From: Ktedonobacterales bacterium
GTDB lineage: Bacteria > Chloroflexota > Ktedonobacteria > Ktedonobacterales > JADMIN01
DNA length: 34,847 nucleotides
Direction: 5' to 3'
NCBI GenBank assembly: GCA_025450405.1
Contig: JANWHL010000087.1
Coordinates: 1 to 34,847 of the forward strand
Shown: one piece after another, positions 32,100-34,847 of the stretch
Position numbering within the stretch: the stretch's first letter is position 1
How the letters are laid out: every line of letters begins with the position of its first letter
Notes under the pieces: generated by a model
Told to the model about the DNA's origin: nothing
The model's database searches: none
What the model saw: only the letters and a program-made list of their open reading frames with translations
Program-made: the position numbers and the translations under genes

Positions 32100-34268
32100 C
32101 TACTCGAGCTGAGCGGCTAATGCTGTAGGCTCCGCGATTGGTGCCTGGCAGACGAAGTCCTGGCAGACGTACGCCGCTGGGTGGCCATCCAACAGGGGAC
32201 GGTCCGCAAGCAGGGACACCGCTCGCGACGCCTCCGATCCGGGCTCGCCAACAGCCAGCACCGAGCGTGGCAGGTAGCGCGCGTTGACGACATCCAGCAG
32301 CGCGCGCGTGGCGGCGTCGGCCGGTGCGCCAACGATGGCGATCTCGTGGAGCGGGCCGATCAGATCGTCCAGCGCGGCGAGCAAGTGGCCAAACGAGCTG
32401 GGCTGTTCGGACATTGCGGGAGCCAGCGGCACCAACACACGCGCCGCGCGCTCGCGATAGGCGAGCGCGCCCGTCAGGGCCGCGAGGCGGAGCAGCGTCT
32501 CCACGGCCAGACTGGTGCCGGAGGGGGTGGCGTTGTCGGTGAGCTCGCGCGGGCGGCCGATCAGCCGTTCGTGGTCGCTGGCGGTGTCGAAGAAGCCGCC
32601 GACGGCGTCGTCCCAGAAGCGTGCGATGAAATCGTCGGCGAGCGCGCGCGCGGCCGTGAGCCAGCGCGGGTTGCCGGTCCCCTCGTAGGTGGAGATCAGG
32701 CCGCCGGCGACGGCGGCTTCGTCCTCCAGATAGGCCTCGCCCTTTGCGCGTCCGGCGCGCCAGGTGCGGCGGAGATGGCCATCCGTGGTGAGCGACTCCA
32801 GCAGGAACGCCGCGTTGGCCTCGGCGGCGGTCCGATAGTCATCGCGGCCCAGGGCGCGCGCGGCCTCAGCCATGGCGCGGAGCATCAGGCCGTTCCAGCC
32901 GGCGATCACTTTGTCGTCGCGGCCAGGTGGCACCCGCTCGGCGCGCCGTCCATAGAGCTGGCAGCGGATGGAGCCCACCATCCCGCGCGCCTGGCTCTCG
33001 GTCAGTCCGAGCGCGGCGGCCGCATCTTCCAAGGGCTCGACGATACGCAGGATGTTGTGACCCTCGAAGTTCCCCTCGGCCGTCACGCCAAAAAGCCGCT
33101 CGGCCAGCGCGCACTCCGCGGCCGGCAGCGTGGCCCGCAGGTCGTCGCGGTCCCAGAGGTAGAACTTGCCCTCCACGCCCTCGCTGTCGGCGTCCTGGGT
33201 AGAGTAGAAGCCGCCAGCCGGATCGGTCATCTCGCGGAGCACATAATCGAGGATTTCTATGCACACGCCGCGATAGCGCGGCCTGCCGGTGAGCTGGAAA
33301 GCCGCGAGGTAGGTCCGGGCCAGCAGAGCATTGTCGTAGAGCATCTTCTCGAAGTGCGGCACCTGCCAGCGGGCGTCTACCGAGTAGCGATGGAAGCCGC
33401 CGCCCACCTGGTCGTAGATGCCGCCGGCGGCCATGTGGTCCAGGGTCAGCTCCACCAGCGGCAGCAGCCGGCCCCGCAGGTCGGGCGCGACGAGCGATCC
33501 CGCGCGCAGGCGGGTCTCGACGCGGAGCAGGAGGTCCAGGCCCATGGGGTGCGGGAATTTGGGCGCGCGGCCGAATCCGCCGTTTACCGCGTCCATCTGC
33601 GCCAGCAGCCGATCCGCGGCGTCGGCCAGTGGCGCGGGATCCAGCCGGAGCGCGCGCAAGTCGAGGTCGGGCGACGGCCGCAGGCGCAGGCCGCCCTGCT
33701 CGCGGTAGAACTCGCGAAATGCCTCCGCCTGCCGCTCCACATCCTCGCGGCGGTCGCGATATGCCTCCGACACGTGGCGGAGGACGGTGGGGAAGCCGGG
33801 CATGCCGTAGCGGTCGCGCGGGGGGAAGTAGGTGCCGGCGAAGAACGGTGCGCCATCGGGCGTGAGGAAGACAGTCATCGGCCAGCCGCCCCCACCGGTG
33901 AGAGCCTGCGTCGCCTGCATGTAGAGCGCGTCCACGTCGGGGCGCTCTTCGCGGTCCACCTTGATGTTCACGAAGAGGGCGTTCATCAGGCCAGCGGTCT
34001 CTTCGTTCTCGAAGCATTCGTGCGCCATGACGTGACACCAATGGCAGGCGGAATAGCCGACGCTCAGGAGGATTGGCTTATCCTCAGCGCGAGCGCGCTC
34101 GAACGCCTCCTGTCCCCAGGGGTACCAGTCCACGGGATTGTGGGCGTGCTGGAGGAGGTAGGGACTGGTCTCGTCGGCGAGCCGGTTGGTATGGTGGTGG
34201 GCAGGCCCGTCGCCTTCCGGAGCGTGCTTGGCGTTCGCCGCGGACGCCTCTTCGTCATGATCGCTCAT
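32100..34268 (-). CDS. thioredoxin-domain protein of the DUF255 / YyaL (SSP411-like) family with C-terminal (alpha/alpha)6-barrel-like region
   Basis: [54 protein letters not shown] and [13 protein letters not shown] are hallmark DUF255 blocks. The protein is 722 aa. Confidence 0.9.
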   Translation of the reverse strand: MSDHDEEASAANAKHAPEGDGPAHHHTNRLADETSPYLLQHAHNPVDWYPWGQEAFERARAEDKPILLSVGYSACHWCHVMAHECFENEETAGLMNALFVNIKVDREERPDVDALYMQATQALTGGGGWPMTVFLTPDGAPFFAGTYFPPRDRYGMPGFPTVLRHVSEAYRDRREDVERQAEAFREFYREQGGLRLRPSPDLDLRALRLDPAPLADAADRLLAQMDAVNGGFGRAPKFPHPMGLDLLLRVETRLRAGSLVAPDLRGRLLPLVELTLDHMAAGGIYDQVGGGFHRYSVDARWQVPHFEKMLYDNALLARTYLAAFQLTGRPRYRGVCIEILDYVLREMTDPAGGFYSTQDADSEGVEGKFYLWDRDDLRATLPAAECALAERLFGVTAEGNFEGHNILRIVEPLEDAAAALGLTESQARGMVGSIRCQLYGRRAERVPPGRDDKVIAGWNGLMLRAMAEAARALGRDDYRTAAEANAAFLLESLTTDGHLRRTWRAGRAKGEAYLEDEAAVAGGLISTYEGTGNPRWLTAARALADDFIARFWDDAVGGFFDTASDHERLIGRPRELTDNATPSGTSLAVETLLRLAALTGALAYRERAARVLVPLAPAMSEQPSSFGHLLAALDDLIGPLHEIAIVGAPADAATRALLDVVNARYLPRSVLAVGEPGSEASRAVSLLADRPLLDGHPAAYVCQDFVCQAPIAEPTALAAQLE

Positions 34269-34424
34269 CGTCTCCCCCTATTCCCGCCCACGCGGGCCAG
34301 CCGGCACAAGCGGAACCGGCCCCTGCGCCCATGTATTGAGGTACAGCGCCGCATGATGCGTACCCCGCGCGGTGTCCCGGATGGTATGCCATACCAATCC
34401 ATACGCTGGCGCATGACGGGTGGC

Positions 34425-34847
34425 CTACGCGTAGGTGGCCGTGAAGGCGACGAGCCCCTCCTGGATCACCCACAAAACGCCGCCGGTGATCGTGGGGACA
34501 TACACCATCCCGCCCGCCGGTACGACGCCGAGCGACCGCCAGGTCGTGGTCCCGGGGGCCAGGCGATAGAGGGTGGGCGCCCCACGTTTGACACGCGCGA
34601 GCGAAGGGAAATGTAACACGGTGGGCTCGAGTGACCAGTGACGCGACATGAGGAGGACGCACGCGTCGGGCGAGGAAGAAGCAGACGCCGCTGGGGACTC
34701 GCCAACGCGGGCATCAATGGTAGTCCGGATAGCGGTGATGCGCGAAGAGACGCTCCCGGTCAGGCTGGCGGTCAGGTTCCACGGGCTGGAAGGTCGGGTT
34801 CGGGACGGAGTGGCGCCCGGTGCCGATGTCGCCGCTCCCTCCTTTGC
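34425..34847 (-). CDS. 3' end of an ORF entering from the right edge (partial); Ser/Thr/Pro-rich linker then a short beta-rich C-terminus
   Basis: My hand translation of the ORF 34425..34649 frame stays open upstream to base 34847 (AKEGAATSAPGATPSRTRPSSPWNLTASLTG...). GC3 is moderately high. No family recognised. Confidence 0.4.
   Translation of the reverse strand, partial: AKEGAATSAPGATPSRTRPSSPWNLTASLTGSVSSRITAIRTTIDARVGESPAASASSSPDACVLLMSRHWSLEPTVLHFPSLARVKRGAPTLYRLAPGTTTWRSLGVVPAGGMVYVPTITGGVLWVIQEGLVAFTATYA

Overview
Very GC-rich bacterial chromosomal window. Third codon positions are strongly G/C, most genes have a Shine-Dalgarno site, and sigma70-type TATAAT/TATACT boxes stand out in the intergenic regions. 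I call 28 protein genes (26 complete, 2 cut by the window edges) and one tRNA-Phe(GAA). There are no rRNA genes, CRISPR arrays, transposases or integrases. The content is mostly housekeeping or accessory metabolism and envelope functions. Left to right: a LOG/TIGR00725-type protein; tRNA-Phe; two tandem GH130-like paralogs; a 600+ aa protein with a C-terminal nucleoside-phosphorylase-like domain and an unassigned N-terminal region; clpS; a DUF892 ferritin-like protein; a tail-anchored SDR overlapping (ATGA) a VKOR-like membrane protein; an SGNH lipoprotein; a minus-strand run of LuxR-type regulator, seven-bladed WD40 lipoprotein and small secreted protein; a sugar-phosphate trio (PFK with PPi-type signature, phosphopentomutase, PMM/PGM); a Psp envelope-stress module (pspA-pspAA convergent with pspAB-htpX); a PflX-type radical SAM protein; a stand-alone Clp_N protein; DUF2851; a fused E1 alpha/beta 2-oxoacid dehydrogenase; a 913-aa TPR protein with (PGGM)n tracts; a small acidic antitoxin-like ORF; and a DUF255 thioredoxin-domain protein. 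Non-coding signals worth a second look are: a 1.2-kb ORF-poor, G-rich spacer (21337-22567) with a canonical G-quadruplex motif; a five-copy family of GC-rich palindromic repeats whose stems vary but stay paired; a fourfold GGTATACTC array containing a perfect 29-bp tandem duplication; and a likely frameshift or uORF at the 5' end of the gene at 10358-10914. I did not recognise a known defence or mobile system. The best candidates for undescribed biology are the PNP-fusion protein, the SDR/VKOR-like pair and the G-rich repeat island. All family assignments come from motif recognition by eye, not from searches. A Chloroflexota-like origin is only a guess, based on repeat style and gene content.
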